Origin: Octopus bimaculoides
Lineage: Eukaryota
Assembly (NCBI RefSeq): GCF_001194135.2
Contig: NC_068983.1
Span: forward strand, 106,315,942 to 106,379,941
Direction: 5' to 3'
Length of the DNA: 64,000 nucleotides
Made by a program: the position numbers and the translations under genes. The notes below the pieces were generated by a model that saw only the letters and a list, made by a program, of their open reading frames with translations, made no database searches and was not told the DNA's origin. This document shows, piece after piece, positions 26,021 through 39,551 of the stretch (the stretch's first letter is position 1; every line of letters begins with the position of its first letter).

Positions 26021-28843
26021 AAAAAAACCCAGTTAATATACATAAAAATATAACTGAAGAGCTATTTTATTTTTTTCTAAATAAACAGTAACCACTATTT
26101 TGTTCTCATTTCTTACAAATGGAAAAAATTTGGTTTTCCATTGATTTATTGAAGACTACACCAAGCACTAACCTAAAGCTGTTTACAATAATAAATATTA
26201 CAGAAGTTATAAAGAACCATTTCTTTCTTTGATAAGGTTTAGCTCTTTAGCATTTAAACTGGCCGTATTAGGCCCAAATATCCTATCTGTTTTATATTTA
26301 AACCGAACAGATTCAGTCTCTCACACCTACACTACACAAAGTCATCAAAAAATAAACAATCACATAATCAAAATCTTGAAGCTACAAGATAATTCACGAT
26401 TAATTCAAAACAATGTTAATCAATAAGCATCACATTTGATAAAGTAATCTGAATGCTAACTGATAAATATAGTCTATGTTGATTCAAGTATGTTCTGGCT
26501 TGCTCTTAAAAAGAGCATTTCTATCAACAGACAGTGTAAATGGTTCAAGTGTTTTGCTCATGTAATGCATGCTTATACAATGAATGATAGGCAAACAGAT
26601 GTGATGCGTACATATGTAATGGGAGTATACCAACTTATGTGAAGCATATATTTTAAGTATATACCAAATGCAAAATGTCTCATGAAGAATATACAACATG
26701 TACAATGAGTGATGCATGAAATGCAAGTTGGATGCAATAAGAGTGCAATGTGTGCATATACATGTGTTTGTGTAAGTATGGTAAATGGACACAATGTGAG
26801 GAGTGTTTGTGTCCTAATGCTATGTGAGTGGTATCAGAGTTTGTTTTATACATGTGTGGTTAAGCTGTCTGCTTCACAACCACATGGTTGTGGTTCAGGT
26901 GGTACTGTGTGGCACTTTGCACAAGCATATTCTGTTGCAGCCCTAGGCTGACTAATGCATTGTGAGAGAATTTAGTAAAGAGAAACAATATAAAGCTTGT
27001 TACATAAATATGACAAGACTGGGCTATAGTAGAAGACACTTGCTCACTGTGTGGCACCTTGGGCAAGTGTTTTCTCCCATAGCTTTGGGCTGACCAAAGC
27101 TGTGTGAGTGGATTTGGAAGACGAAAACTGAAAGAAGCTCACTGTGTGTATTTTTCCATTCTTCCCAAGTGTCAAACTAATACACTTGCTTGTTGTTCCC
27201 TTGCCTGTCTGTCTTTCATTTTCTGTACATTTGAACTATATATATATGTATATGTGTCTTTGTGTGTGTGTGTGTCTCCTTGTTTTGACATCATGTGATA
27301 GCTGTAGATGAGTGTTACTGTCATACAAGCAATATCAGTCATTTCCAATATAATCTGCGAGAAAATATCTGGCCATGGGGAAGTATTAGTTTGCTTGGAT
27401 ACAGGTGAAGATTGGTAACTGAAATAGCATCTTGTTAGCACAGATCTTTCTCAAATAAACTCTGTCTGACTCTTACAAGCATGTAAAATTGGATATTAAA
27501 TGATGATGACATATATAAAGGCGTGTGTGTGTGTGTGTGCTGCGTTGTGCATGTGTGTGTGTGCTGTACTGTGTTTGTGTGTGCACACACACAAAACACA
27601 CAGCATGCACACACACATACAACACAAAGCTCGCACACAGAGCACACAACACCGCGTGCACACACACACACACAACACAACACAGCACACGCATGCGCGC
27701 ACACACACAATTTGCACCACATGACAAGTGAGATGAAAACTCCCTGACTTGAAAAACAGTTATGAGTTAGCAAAATGAAGGGCATCCAGCTGTAAAAACA
27801 ATGCCTCAATGGTATGCATTCGTCTAATCCATACTAGCAAGGGAAAAAAAAAACACATAAAACTACTAAATGAATGCTCATAGAGAAGAGTTCTGTCATA
27901 AATGAGGTTGATTACTGAACTTGTTTGGACATCATTGTGAAGGCACTTGGCCTAGTGGTTAAGGTGTTGCACTCACAATTGCAAGATCCTGGTTTCGATT
28001 CACAGACCAGGCGGTGTGTTGTGTTCTTTTGCAAAACACTTTGACATTGTTCTGTGATCACTTTCATATCTGACACGTGGTACATCATGTACTTGTACAG
28101 GCAATGTCAACTTGATGGAAGGGGTGAGCTAATGTAAAACACAAACATTTGATCATTATAAAGAAATGAACTGTGCCGGTCTCATCTGTCATCTACAACA
28201 GGAAAATCTATGACAGAACATCAAAATACAATGAAAGCAGATGCAAAAACTGACCAAAGTAACAAGTCCAAATCCAACTATAAACAATCTGGTGTGCTTT
28301 TGCAGCAAAGCAGCATACAATATTTTTTTTTATCTCAATGAGGCATGACTGTGGTAAAAAGATTGCTTCTTAGCCACATGATTCTGAGTTTAATCCTACT
28401 GCGTGGCACCTTGGTTAAATGTCCAACTATAGCCTTGGGCCAAAACCAAAGCACTGAGTGGATTTAGTAGACAGAAACTGAAAGAAGCCCATCATGTGAG
28501 TGTGTGTGTGTCTGTTTGCACCCCACCACCACTTGACTACTGGTGTTGGTGTGTTTACTTCATTGTAACTTAGCAGTTCGGCAAAAAATCTGACAGACAA
28601 GGCTTAAAAAGAAAAATAAGTACTGGGGTAGATTAGTTTGACTAAAATACCTCAAGACAGTGCCCCAGCAGGGTCGCAGCCAAATGACTAAAACAAGTAA
28701 AAAAAAATAAGACATCAGTCATCTTTCCCTGTTGACAGGTTTTTTATATGAAAAGTTGCTAGATTTACAAATGGGGGGGAAAAAAAATCAAAGCAAAATA
28801 AATTTTTTTTTTCTAATAATACATGTGAAAACACAGTACTCAC

Positions 28844-29014
28844 AGTCACACTCCCTAATATATGCATGAGGTTGATATTATAGGTGGCAACAGGTGAATT
28901 ACCAGTTGCTATTACTTTCAACCAGTGTAGAACTCTCTTCAAAGGCAAATTAACTCGGGCTTCATCCTCTGATATGATACTGTCACTATCAAAACTCTCC
29001 TCAGAAACAGAAGG
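28844..29014 (-). CDS. TMEM94: TMEM94 coding exon 8 (PSVSEESFDSD...LMHILGSVT)
   Basis: TTACAG| acceptor, ACT|GTGAGT donor, 171 nt; ends LGSVT, the P-type pre-phosphorylation-site segment. Confidence 0.92.
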
Positions 29015-31439
29015 CTGTAAAAAAAAAAAAGAAAAGAAAAGAATAGCATATTGGAATAAGAACCAGTAGAAGTGGTGTGGTCTTTATGGAACTTACAGGA
29101 AAGTCTACTGAATAAAATAATAAACCTTTCTACTATAGGCACAAGGCCTGAAATTTGGGAGAGGGGGACTAGTCGATTACATCGACCACAATACTCAACT
29201 GGTACTTAATTTATCAACTCTGAAAGGATGAAAGGCAAAGTCAACCCTGGCAGAATTTGAACTCAGGAAAAATACTGCTAGGCATTTCGCCCAGCATGCT
29301 AACAATTCTGCCAGCTCACTGCCTTAAATAATAATATTGATAATAATGATAATAATAATAATAAAGGCAGTGGCTCTCATGACTTTTGATCTTAACTGAT
29401 TGGAAGTGTTATCATGTACATGTTTTATCTTGGTATAAATGATGAGCTACAACAAATATTCTGCTCAATACCACAGATTTGCTTGTCAGCTGCTTCACCT
29501 TAACCAGTTGAGCATGTCCCTTAGTGGCTGACAATATGTGCATCTCTGATCACAAGCAGAAATAGTGAGGGAGTGTCATAGCCATGTGTTGAGAGGAATT
29601 CTTTAGGATTTCAATAATTTACCTCTGGAAATATGGGTGTTTCATTCATCATCCTTAAACTTTATTCAGCGACCTTTTGAGCAGGATGGGCTACTTGACC
29701 TGAAGAAAATGCTAACTGGGCCCTACCTGCAAGGTCATGTGCTGTTTATGTTCATATGAGATCACTGTGACACACATATGGTTGTGATTAAGTGCCTGGT
29801 ATGCCTTTATCAGATGGGTAGTCATGATGGGTATATTGAGTTTTGTATATTTGTATCCCAGTGTCACTTTGATGGCATGTGCTGCTCTCTCAATCAATAA
29901 TTATAATAAATTCTTACATAGAAATAAAGCCAGAAAATTTTAGGGGGGTCAAATTTGTCTATTACAGAAGATTTCAGCACTTGACAGGTATGTATTTTAT
30001 TGACCCCAGAAGAATGAATAACAAAGTTGACTTCAGTAGGATTTGAATTGAGAACATGAAGGACCAAATCTAAATATTATAAGTCATTTTGTCCATAAAA
30101 TCCAGTTTTTGCTAACTATCATGATGATAGTAACAAAGGCACAAGACCACACTATTTTGTTAAAGGAACAATTTGTTAAATCAACTGATGGTTTATCATC
30201 TCCCAGAAAGATAAAAAAAAAAAAAAAGCTTTTTAGCAAGAGCACAATCTCCACTGAGTATCTTAATGGTAATTGGTACAAAATTATAATCTCAAAGAGA
30301 AGCATATTTTGCCTTTTAATTCAGCTTGTATTATTGGTTTTCCAATGACATTACTGCTAAGAGAAGCAGAAATGATAGTTTGACAAGATTAAATGCCTTG
30401 CATTATAATAGGAATTATTTTTATGGTATTAATGATAACAATGGCAACAAGAAAGAGAAACTTCATGCAGGAACAAGTTTGCTGATCTAAAAATGTATAT
30501 GATGGCTGTAAGCACAGATATTGCCGGAAAGAATCAATGAATTTATGAGAAGGATTGTAGAAGAGCCTGAAAGATGTTTCAATTGTCATGAGTTAACATG
30601 AGATGGCTAAGACTAAAGTGATGCCAAGGATTTATAAATACTGCAAACTGTCCAGACCACAGTCAGAATTTTAGTTTTGTAAATAGTAACTAAAAATTGC
30701 ATAAGTCATTCTAATATTGATGATAAAGTATTTATACAAAAAAAAATATGGGGATAAGATCAAATGCAGCAGCTGCAATGGTGATGATAGTGATTGCGAC
30801 ACTGGTAGTGGATGGCAGAAGAGAAATGGCAAGGGACAAAATCCTTTGTGTCCAAATCTGGACATGATCAACCTTACCTATTATCCTGGAAGAAGAGCAG
30901 AAGGGAATTGATAAAACTTGGGTGGATTTTATTAACTCCACTCTTCTCCTTTTTGTGGATATATGCTAATCTAAGAAATTTTTTTTTTATTATTGCATAA
31001 GAGTAATTATGTTATGAAATGACTGACTGGGACTTTACTGGTCATGGCAATGAGGGTTCCAGTTCATCTGATCAATGGAACAGCCTACTGTGGGTAGCTG
31101 AGCACTTCAAAGACATGCATATCCTTAAAGTAGTTCTCAGGAAGATTCAGCGTCATACAGACCCTGACAAGGCTGGCCCTTTGAAATACAGGTACAACTC
31201 ATTTTTGCCAGCTAAGTGAACTGAAGCAATGTAAAATAAAAGGTCTTGCTCAAGGATACAAAGCGCTGCTAGGTTTTGAACTCACGACTTTACGACTGTG
31301 AGCTGAATACCCTAAGTATTAAGCCATGCACTTTCATGAAGGATGTTATGAAACAAAATATTTAAAATGTCAATTTAAAGCAAAGTATTTAAAATAGTTT
31401 TTGCCATTCTGCCAACATGCAAATATATTCAATATTCAG

Positions 31440-31955
31440 TTCTATATTTAAGAGATGAGGAATTGTTTACATTATTTACATTTGACGGATATTTGTCCTC
31501 ATCTTGGCTGTTGTCAATGCAACATTGTGGCTAATATACCTTCCAGCCTTCATCAGGTGTCTTGAGCAAATTTCGAACCTGGGTTCTCATTCCTAAGGTA
31601 TTTTTCAATATTATTATCATTCAGGTCACTTCCTGGAATTGAACTTGGAACCTTGGGGTTAGTAGCCCGCGCTCTTAACCACTACATGGGCATATGGCAT
31701 AGTGGTTAAGCGTGTGGGCTACTATCCCCAAGATTCCGAGTTCGATTCCAGGCAATGACCTGAAGAAGAAGGTGAATGATGATGAAGATAATAATAGTGA
31801 TGATGATGATGACAATATCGAAAAATATCTTAGGAATGAGAACCCAGGTTTGGAATTTCCTCAAGACACCTGATGAAGGCTGGAGGGTATATCAGCTGAA
31901 ACGTGTTATCAACAAACAAGATGAAGACAAATATCTGTCAAATGTAAATAATGTA
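31440..31955. mobile_element. Palindromic element: back-to-back tRNA-like heads, each followed by a decayed hammerhead motif
   Basis: Inverted arms about CATATG (31691-31696); A-box TGGCATAGTGG and B-box GTTCGATTCC on +; CTGATGA...GAAAC motif at 31866-31907 (+) and its mirror at 31517-31560 (-). Confidence 0.65.
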
Positions 31956-32026
31956 TATTCAATGTTCCACAATATCTTTGTTTCTATGGTTGTAAATCTA
32001 CGATTAATGTAATATTTTTCACTCAC

Positions 32027-32140
32027 CTTAATTTCTTTGGAGACTTCATAGGCAACAAACAATCTTGCTTGCCCATAAAAGTTAATTAGTTTCCAAAATA
32101 ATGGAAACACCATGGGAACCAATGGAAGTACAGTGTGTAC
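32027..32140 (-). CDS. TMEM94: TMEM94 coding exon 7 (VHTVLPLVPMVFPLFWKLINFYGQARL...)
   Basis: CCCCAG| acceptor, AAG|GTGAGT donor, 114 nt; LPxxPxxFPxxW...GxAR motif. Confidence 0.92.
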
Positions 32141-32279
32141 CTGGGGAAAGAAATATGAGAAAACATGAAAATGTATGTTATTAATGTGACTTAGGTGTTT
32201 ATAGATGATACTGAAATATCACTAGTTATTTCATCCAAGTTCAAGCTATCTTTCTCTAATCAGTAATAAATAAGTAATA

Positions 32280-33400
32280 AATATTGGATTGTCATAAACT
32301 CATCTGTTTCTTTCTAATCTCGTTTCAATTAACACAAAAAGTATTTTCACCCTAGTATTTTAAGGATTGTTTGTAGTAGTATTCTTGCTCTACAACTTTT
32401 GCTTATCATTTTTGAAATTTGAATAAAATTTACCACTTTTCAGACGTATGACAATGTAGTGGCAAGTGGAAAAAAAAAATGTGCATTTTCAACACCAGCT
32501 ACTCTTTGCTTTTAATCAAGGCTGCCAAAGCTGTACAAGACATTTGTGCTGTGTAGAGAGAAGGCATTATTACTGAAAGAACTGCACAGAAATGGCTTTC
32601 ACACTTCATGAAAGAGAAATTTGATCTTACAGACTGTCTATGTTCCAGCCAACCTATTCAGTTCAATAAGAATTGATTTAATGAGCTCATCTATGAGGAT
32701 CTGCACCAGTCCACTAGGGCTCAGCAGATGGGATGCTCTCGTAATACTATTGCCTGTCACCTTCACTTGGTGGGTAAGGTTAAAAAAACTTGGCGCATGG
32801 GTGCCACACACCCTGAACAAAGAGACAAACTCCAGAGCTCCTCTATCAACACTAGCTTGCTCACTTGACACTAGGCTTCTCAAGGACACAAACAAATTTC
32901 TTTACTGCAATGTCACCAGCAATGAATCAGTATGAAGCAAAGAGAAGAATATTTGAGTCCTGCTAAGCAAGCAACACCTCGAGCCAAGCTAGGGCTGCAT
33001 CCATGCAAGTCTGTGTTTGGTGGGATTAAAAACAACCACATGGCTCATTAAAACTATCCAGCTGAAACGACCCAACCTGCGGCACAGCATGTCTCTTCAT
33101 AATGACAACACTGGCCCTCACATTGCTAATTAGAGCAAAAATGTTATTAAAAGCTTGAATAAGTTCTGCCACCCCCAACATATTCTCCTGATATAGCGCT
33201 TTCCAATTATCACCTTTATTGGTTGCTCCCCAATAGTCTGGGAGGTGCTTCATTCAACAACATGAAGCTGAAAACATGGCTCAATGAATTCTTTGTGTGA
33301 TTTCTGCTGTCAAGGCATTGACGTGTTATTGGAATGTAGGTAAAAGAGTGAACAATGGAGACAAATATATTATTGACTGATATGTTAAAATTATTGATGA
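32280..33400 (+). mobile_element. Decayed mariner transposon (different subfamily)
   Basis: Fragmentary motifs ERTAQKW, WVPHTL, HNDN, YSPDIALSNYHL; many stops and indels; boundaries approximate. Confidence 0.88.
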
Positions 33401-33420
33401 AACACAAGGATTATAGGCAT

Positions 33421-33790
33421 AGGAGTGGCTGTGTGTTAGGAAGCTTGCTTCCCAACCACATGGCTCTGGGTTCAGTCCTACTGTGTGGCACCTTGGGCAA
33501 GTGTCTATTATAACCTCAGGCTGACCAAAGCCTTGTGAGTGGATTTGGTAGAGGGAAACTGAAAGAAGCCCGTCGTATGTGTGTATTTGTGTGCCTGTAT
33601 TTGTCCCCCACCACCATCGGCTGACAACTGATGTTGGTGTGTCTACGTCCCCCGTAACTTAGCGGTTCAGTAAAAGAGACCAATAGAATAAGTACTAGGC
33701 TTACAAAGAATAAGTTCTGGGGTCATTTGTTCAACTAAAGGCGGTGCCCCAGCATGGCCACAGTCAAATGACTGAAACAAGTAAAAGAAT
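33421..33790 (+). mobile_element. SINE family A (GGCTGTGTGGTAAGAAGCTTGCTTCCCAACCAC head)
   Basis: Dispersed repeat, approximate coordinates: + at 1455, 12931, 28341, 62565; - at 7230, 16365, 20880, 50725, 51430, 53090; often ends at a (TG)/(TA) microsatellite. Confidence 0.8.
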
Positions 33791-34589
33791 AAAAATAACT
33801 GGATGAGGGGAGGGGCAAAAAACAAATGAATTTATCTGACAGCTCAGTAAATCGTTAATGAATAATATCATTGAATTCCAACTCACTGCTTGAAGTGTTA
33901 ACCATCACTATGTTCAAAAATTAAAGAAAGAAATATTGTTTCTTGTACAGGAGAGTGCATAGTTCTAGTTTTTGAATCAAAAATCAACAATACTATTTGA
34001 ATAACAGTTTCACATGATTTAGGATTTGATAACAACTGTAGACACTTGTGTAAGATGTTAAGAGTCAACAATGTAAATCTAAGTGGCTAAGTGGCTTGTA
34101 ATATATTAAGTTTTAAAAAAATGGCAGCAAGCTGACAGAATCATTAGCTCTACTGGTGAAAGGCTTAGAATGTGAACTTAGTGATATTTCATCACTAAGT
34201 TCAAATTCTGTTGAGGTTGACTTTGCTTTTCACCTTTACAGGTTTGATAAAATAAGTACCAGTTCAGTACTGGAGTTACAATAATCAACTTAGCTCCTCC
34301 CCCGAAATTGCAAGCCTTGTGCTAAAACTTGAATTTGAGATACATTAGGTTAAAAACCTCTTGGACAGAATATAAAGTCCAAAGGCTACCCACAGGACTT
34401 GAACCATGCATCTTTTGTAACCATGACAGACATGCCAACCAACTGCTTCAAAGTAACCTTTGGTCTCTCTCCCAGAGAAAGACTTTTAACCCAACATATT
34501 ACAAGCTACTATTTACATCTGTATTTGCTTTGAGCTACATTGTTACAAAATTTATTTTTAAAAAAACCCAGTATTTTGATATAACTTAC

Positions 34590-34676
34590 AGGCAAAACTA
34601 AGAACATCTCTGTCCAGTGTCCCATAAATCCTTTGATGTAGATGTATCGCAACACATTGGCAATGAGAACTCCAAT
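34590..34676 (-). CDS. TMEM94: TMEM94 coding exon 6 (IGVLIANVLRYIYIKGFMGHWTEMFLVLP)
   Basis: TTTCAG| acceptor, CCT|GTAAGT donor, 87 nt, phase 0-0; NxLR motif. Confidence 0.88.
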
Positions 34677-35610
34677 CTGAAATCAGAAAAAATTTCCTCA
34701 TAATAAGGAAAGGTAGAAAAGAGGAGAGATATAGTTGGGTGGGTAGGAAAAAGAAAAAGAAACTAAACGTAAAACAAATTCAGAATGTCAGAAATGATAT
34801 ACCAAATAAAGCATCAAATGTAATCTTTTCATTAGAATTCCAGCTATAAAATTGTACCCACCTGTAGTCTTTTAGACACTCAATATTAAGTATCATTCAC
34901 TGAAACTTATCAGCTTCAGAAAATAGTGGTTTAAATCTAGTTTTCCTGAAATTTAACCTTTACTTCCAAATTTGCTAAACATTAACCAAGCAGAATACAT
35001 TTTTGTTTTTAAAACTTTTAGAAAATTATCAAAGAAAAGACTAGAGTTGAGAATTATGGACTCTTTGATATAAGAACATTTAAAAAAAAAGAATTATTTA
35101 TTAGTTACGTAAATAAATATTTGATGATTTCAACAAGTCCAGTATCTTAGTCAAGAAATTCTGATCGTATAGATATGAGATACTTTGAGGTACTGTAAAC
35201 CCCTCCAAAAGTATCTCCATATAAGAAATGCACACTGTATTTCTTTAAACAGCATGAAGAGTTGTCAATATAAGCTTTAACCCTTTAGCACTTCACTAGC
35301 CATATCCAGCCCAAATATTTAACATGTTTTATTCAAACTGGTCAGATCTGTCCTCTCATAGCTATCCTACAATGTCACTCTAAAAATAAACAATCATATC
35401 ACTGAAACCTCACTGCTACAAGATAACGCATGACTAATTCAAAACAATGCGAATAAGTATTATATTTGATGGAGAAACTGAATGAATGCTAAAGGGTTAA
35501 AATAATAAAATAAAATATAAATATATTTAAAGCATTTGAGGAATTTTAAATGTCGTATAATGGTGCTGCAGTACAATAAATCAAGCGAAACAATAAAAAG
35601 CAAACTTTAC

Positions 35611-35716
35611 CAGAAGCACAGGAAGGACAGTCCTTTCCAAGATAACACTGTATATTTGGTACCGCATGGAATCAATGATGCTAGCAGGATGTCTTCTTGT
35701 TTTGTCTAACAAGATT
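35611..35716 (-). CDS. TMEM94: TMEM94 coding exon 5 (ILLDKTRRHPASIIDSMRYQI...VLPVLL)
   Basis: GACAG| acceptor phase 2, CTG|GTAAAG donor, 106 nt, open frame joining flanking exons. Confidence 0.85.
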
Positions 35717-37627
35717 CTGTCAGCAGAATAATTAGAATAAAAGAACTGTACAATGATTAATCAGTAAAATTAAAACAATGTATTTTTTTTAGTTTTTATA
35801 ATATATTCTTTCTTAATTTTAGCACAAGGTCAGCAATTTTGAGATGAGGGGGAAGTTGATTACATCAACTCAGTGCTCAATTGGTATTTGTTTTATTGAC
35901 TCCCAAAAGATGACAGGCAAAGTCGACTTTGGCAGTATTTGAACTCAGAATATAAAGAGCCAGAAGAAATGTCACAAAGCATCTCATCTAGAACACTAAT
36001 GATTCTGCCAGCTTGCCTTTTGTTGTTGTTTTTTTTTTATAATATATGTTATAGCATAAATGATGAAAAAAGTCAATATAAAAAAAAAATTTCATTTTTT
36101 TTAGTACAGTTTCAACATTAAATCACATATTTTAAGTAGTTTGGCTAACTTCATAACAGAAAACTAATAAGTCTTCAAATGTAATCTTATTACAATTTCA
36201 CCAATAAGATTGAATTCATCTATAATCATTTACATGTTATACAGTCAGCATAATTCATTGAAACATCAACTCCAGTAAATTGTAACTAAAATATATACTC
36301 TGCTGTCCAAATATTTTAACTTTAACTACAGTGTGTCATTCAGGGTTGGTTCCAACAAAATATTATACAAAGAAGTCAACCATTATTCAAGTGCTGACTT
36401 CAATTTCCATCTTTCCAGATGAAGTCATTTTTGCTTTTTGAGTCAAAACGACTTTGGTTCCATTTTCACATTAGAAATCAAATTAAAGAGCTAGAATTTA
36501 CTGAATCAGCATCAATTATTTCAATATAGCTATTCTTATATTATTTTATTTCAACTATACTAATGTAAAAATTTTCTAACTCAAATATTTACAGAAGGAT
36601 ATCAATTGTCTTTATTTTTCCCATTTACATTAAAGAAATAATAGGTGTGAATCGAAGATAATGTAGTTCCGATACATTATGTTATAAACATATATGAGAT
36701 GATTACAGACTTTGAGCATAGGACTGTTCAACCAGGACTGACCAGAGGCTACTAATCAAAAACTAAATCTTTCCAGATCATCATCATCATCATCATCATC
36801 ATCGTTGTTTAACGTCCACTTTCCATGCTAGCATGGGTTGGACGATTTGACTGAGGACTGGTGAAACTAGATGGCTGCACCAGGCTCCAATCTGATTTGG
36901 CAGAGTTTCTACAGCTGGATGCCCTTCCTAACGCCAACCACTCCGAGAGTGTAGTGGGTGCTTTTACGTGCCACCAGCACGAAGGCCAGTCAGGCGGTAC
37001 TGGCAACGGCCATGCTCAAAATGGTATATTTTATGTGCCACCCACACAAGAACCAGTCCAGGGGCACTGGCAATGATCTCGCTAGAAACTCCTTACACAT
37101 GCCGTGGGCACAAGTGCCAGAAAGGCGACGCTGGGCACAGGTGCCATCACGATTTCGCTTTCGCTTGCCCCAACAGGTCTTTGCAAGCTGAGTNNNNNNN
37201 NNNGCTTTCGCTTGCCCCAACAGGTCTTTGCAAGCTGAGTTTCGTGTCCAATGAAGGAGATGACGTTGGCATGGGTGCCAGTCGTCGAATTTAATTCGAT
37301 TTCGATCGAATGTAGTTAAAATATAGTAGCTAAGGACAGACAGTAATCAAAGAGCATTTACTTCTGCTAATATGAGGCATATGTAAGGAGTGTAATACTA
37401 TGGTAGTGAAACACAAAAATGAGTGCAGAAGACCAAATATGCTGAAGAGAAAGATACATTTTTGGACTATATTTGACAATAGAGAGGACAGATCTGAAAA
37501 CACTAAGATGATGCAAAATCAGATTGACTGGAGATTTGTTGTTTTGCAAACCCATCCAACATTTAAAAAATGAGGTGTTGAGACAATGATGGATAGAAAA
37601 CAAATAAGAAAAAAAGATGAATATTAC

Positions 37628-37788
37628 CTGAAGTTTTCAACAAAGGGTGTTTTTAGAACTGTGAATTTTTGGGGTTCCAGTGGTACACGGCCCTGAGGTA
37701 AGCCATACTGCTCCACAGGAGCTGCTTGATCAGGTGTATAACAATCTCCTTCAAAAAGAATTGCGCCTTCTTCACCACCATCATCAAT
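37628..37788 (-). CDS. TMEM94: TMEM94 coding exon 4 (IDDGGEEGAILFEGD...FTVLKTPFVENFR)
   Basis: TTAG| acceptor phase 0, AG|GTAATA donor phase 2, 161 nt, open frame; FxVLxTP motif. Confidence 0.88.
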
Positions 37789-38189
37789 CTAACAATAAAA
37801 TGGTACAAAACTTTTTCATTAGTCACTAGGTACATGAAAATGTAAACTGCTGGCTTTAGTAGTTAACCTTTTGCCTGTCTTGTGAAACATAACACAATTC
37901 CCTGGTGTCCATGCATTATATATGATGCACATTTCCCATTTTCTTTCAACCATCAGAGTAATTTTTGGACTTAGCTTTATATTACTTAGACCATATGAAA
38001 CAAGGGTTAACTAAAAGTCTAAATTCAAGCATGGACATTTAGGACAACTTTATAAAAATGCTTTGGACAGGCAAAAGGTTAAATTACTTTTAAATTTATG
38101 ATTGCAGTCATACATATTTTGTTATCTACAAGTATACAGTTATGAAAAACTACCTGCATCAACTTGCTATATAAGCAGGTAGTGATTTT

Positions 38190-39325
38190 ACCATGTCCTT
38201 ATTCTTAGTGCAAGTTTTGAAGAGTGCAGTTTGATTTTAACAGTTATTTTTTCAAAGCTATAATGGAAGTGACAAAGGAGCATATTTGGCATATTTTGCT
38301 TTATGCATGAAATAAAGGCAACAATGCAATGGAAAGTGTGAGGAATATTAATGCAACATATGGGGATTGGACAATAAGCATAAGCCAATGTCAACGGTGG
38401 TTCCAGAAATTTTGAGCCAGAAACTACAGCCTAGGAGACAAGCCTTGCCCTGGAAGATCTGTAGATCTCAAGGACATCCTGCAAACCCTGGTGGAACAAA
38501 ATCCCATTTTAACTATTGAGAAACTAGCAGAGAAGCTTGGATTTGGTCATTCAACTATTCATTAACACCTGTGTGCCATTGGAAAAGTCAGTAACTTCAG
38601 TCAGTGGGTTCCTCACAAACTTTCCATGTCTAATCGCATACGGAGAGTGAATGTGTGCTCTTCTTTGCTGTCACGTCTCACTATTCAGTCCTTTTGTGGA
38701 CTGAATAGTGACAGGTGATGAGAAATGGGTTCTCTATAAAAATGACAAGCATCAAAGACAGTGAGTAGGGAAAGAAGAAACACAGGCGCCCCAGGCTAAA
38801 GAAAGTCTTCACCCATGTAAGGTGTTGTTATCTGTTTGGTGGGATATGAAAGGTTTAGCCCACTTTGAACTTTTAAACCCAAATCAAATGATAAGAAAGG
38901 AGATCTACTGTGAGCAGCTTAAGTCAACACTAGAAGAAAAACAATCGTCTTTGGTTTCAGGATAATGCTCGGCCACATACAGCGAGGATGACATTCTAAA
39001 TACTGGAGTAGTTTGAATGGGAAATGATGCTGCACCCACCATATTTACTGGACATTGCCCCACCTGACTATCATTTATTCTGCAGTCTTCAAAATCATTT
39101 GGACGGAAAAAATATGAATTCTGTAGACAAGGTCAGAACAGTACTGGAGGAGTATCTTTCGTCACGGACAAATGAATTTTGGAAGAGGAGCTTTGCAAGT
39201 CTACCAGATAGATGAAAGAGCATTGTAGAAAATGAAGGAGAGTATATTTTAGAATAAAAAAGATTTTTGTTTATCTTAATTTTGAAAAATAAAAGTATTA
39301 AAAAAAACGCATTATTTATGGGATA
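38190..39325 (+). mobile_element. Decayed mariner (Tc1/mariner, DD34D type) transposon
   Basis: Broken frames from ATG 38263 to TAA 39257: MEVTKEHI.., QRWFQKF, WVPHKL, GDEKWVLY, DNARPH, DIAPPDYHLF; in-frame stops and frameshifts; boundaries approximate. Confidence 0.92.
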
Positions 39326-39344
39326 GATAGTTGACTACTACATT

Positions 39345-39503
39345 TATATTTTTTTTCTTCTTGTTTTTCTTTCTGTGTTCCTTTCAGTTGAAGAGCATAG
39401 CTTGAAACGTTAAAGACTTTCCCTATTCCTGAGCGTTAAACTAATACATCCATTTGCTGTTTACACCACTTGTCTTCGTCTGTTGTTTTTTTCGTAAATT
39501 CTC

Positions 39504-39545
<42 letters not shown>
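39345..39545 (+). repeat. Short repeat with a decayed hammerhead-like motif followed by (TA)n
   Basis: CTTT-CAGTTGA-A-GAGC[ATA]GCTT-GAAA-CG-T-T-AAAG at 39381-39415; boundaries approximate. Confidence 0.45.

Positions 39546-39551
<6 letters not shown>

Noticed and set aside
27435-27809. Cys/Val- or His/Thr-rich ORFs (also 50213-50685)
   Set aside because: Translations of (TG)n/(CA)n degenerate microsatellites.
31700-31755. tRNA gene calls here and at about 57560-57630
   Set aside because: A and B boxes are present but no complete cloverleaf or acceptor stem; these are SINE-type heads.
37155-37240. Direct repeat of about 37 bp around a 10-N gap
   Set aside because: Identical sequence on both sides of a tiny gap is a typical contig-overlap artefact.
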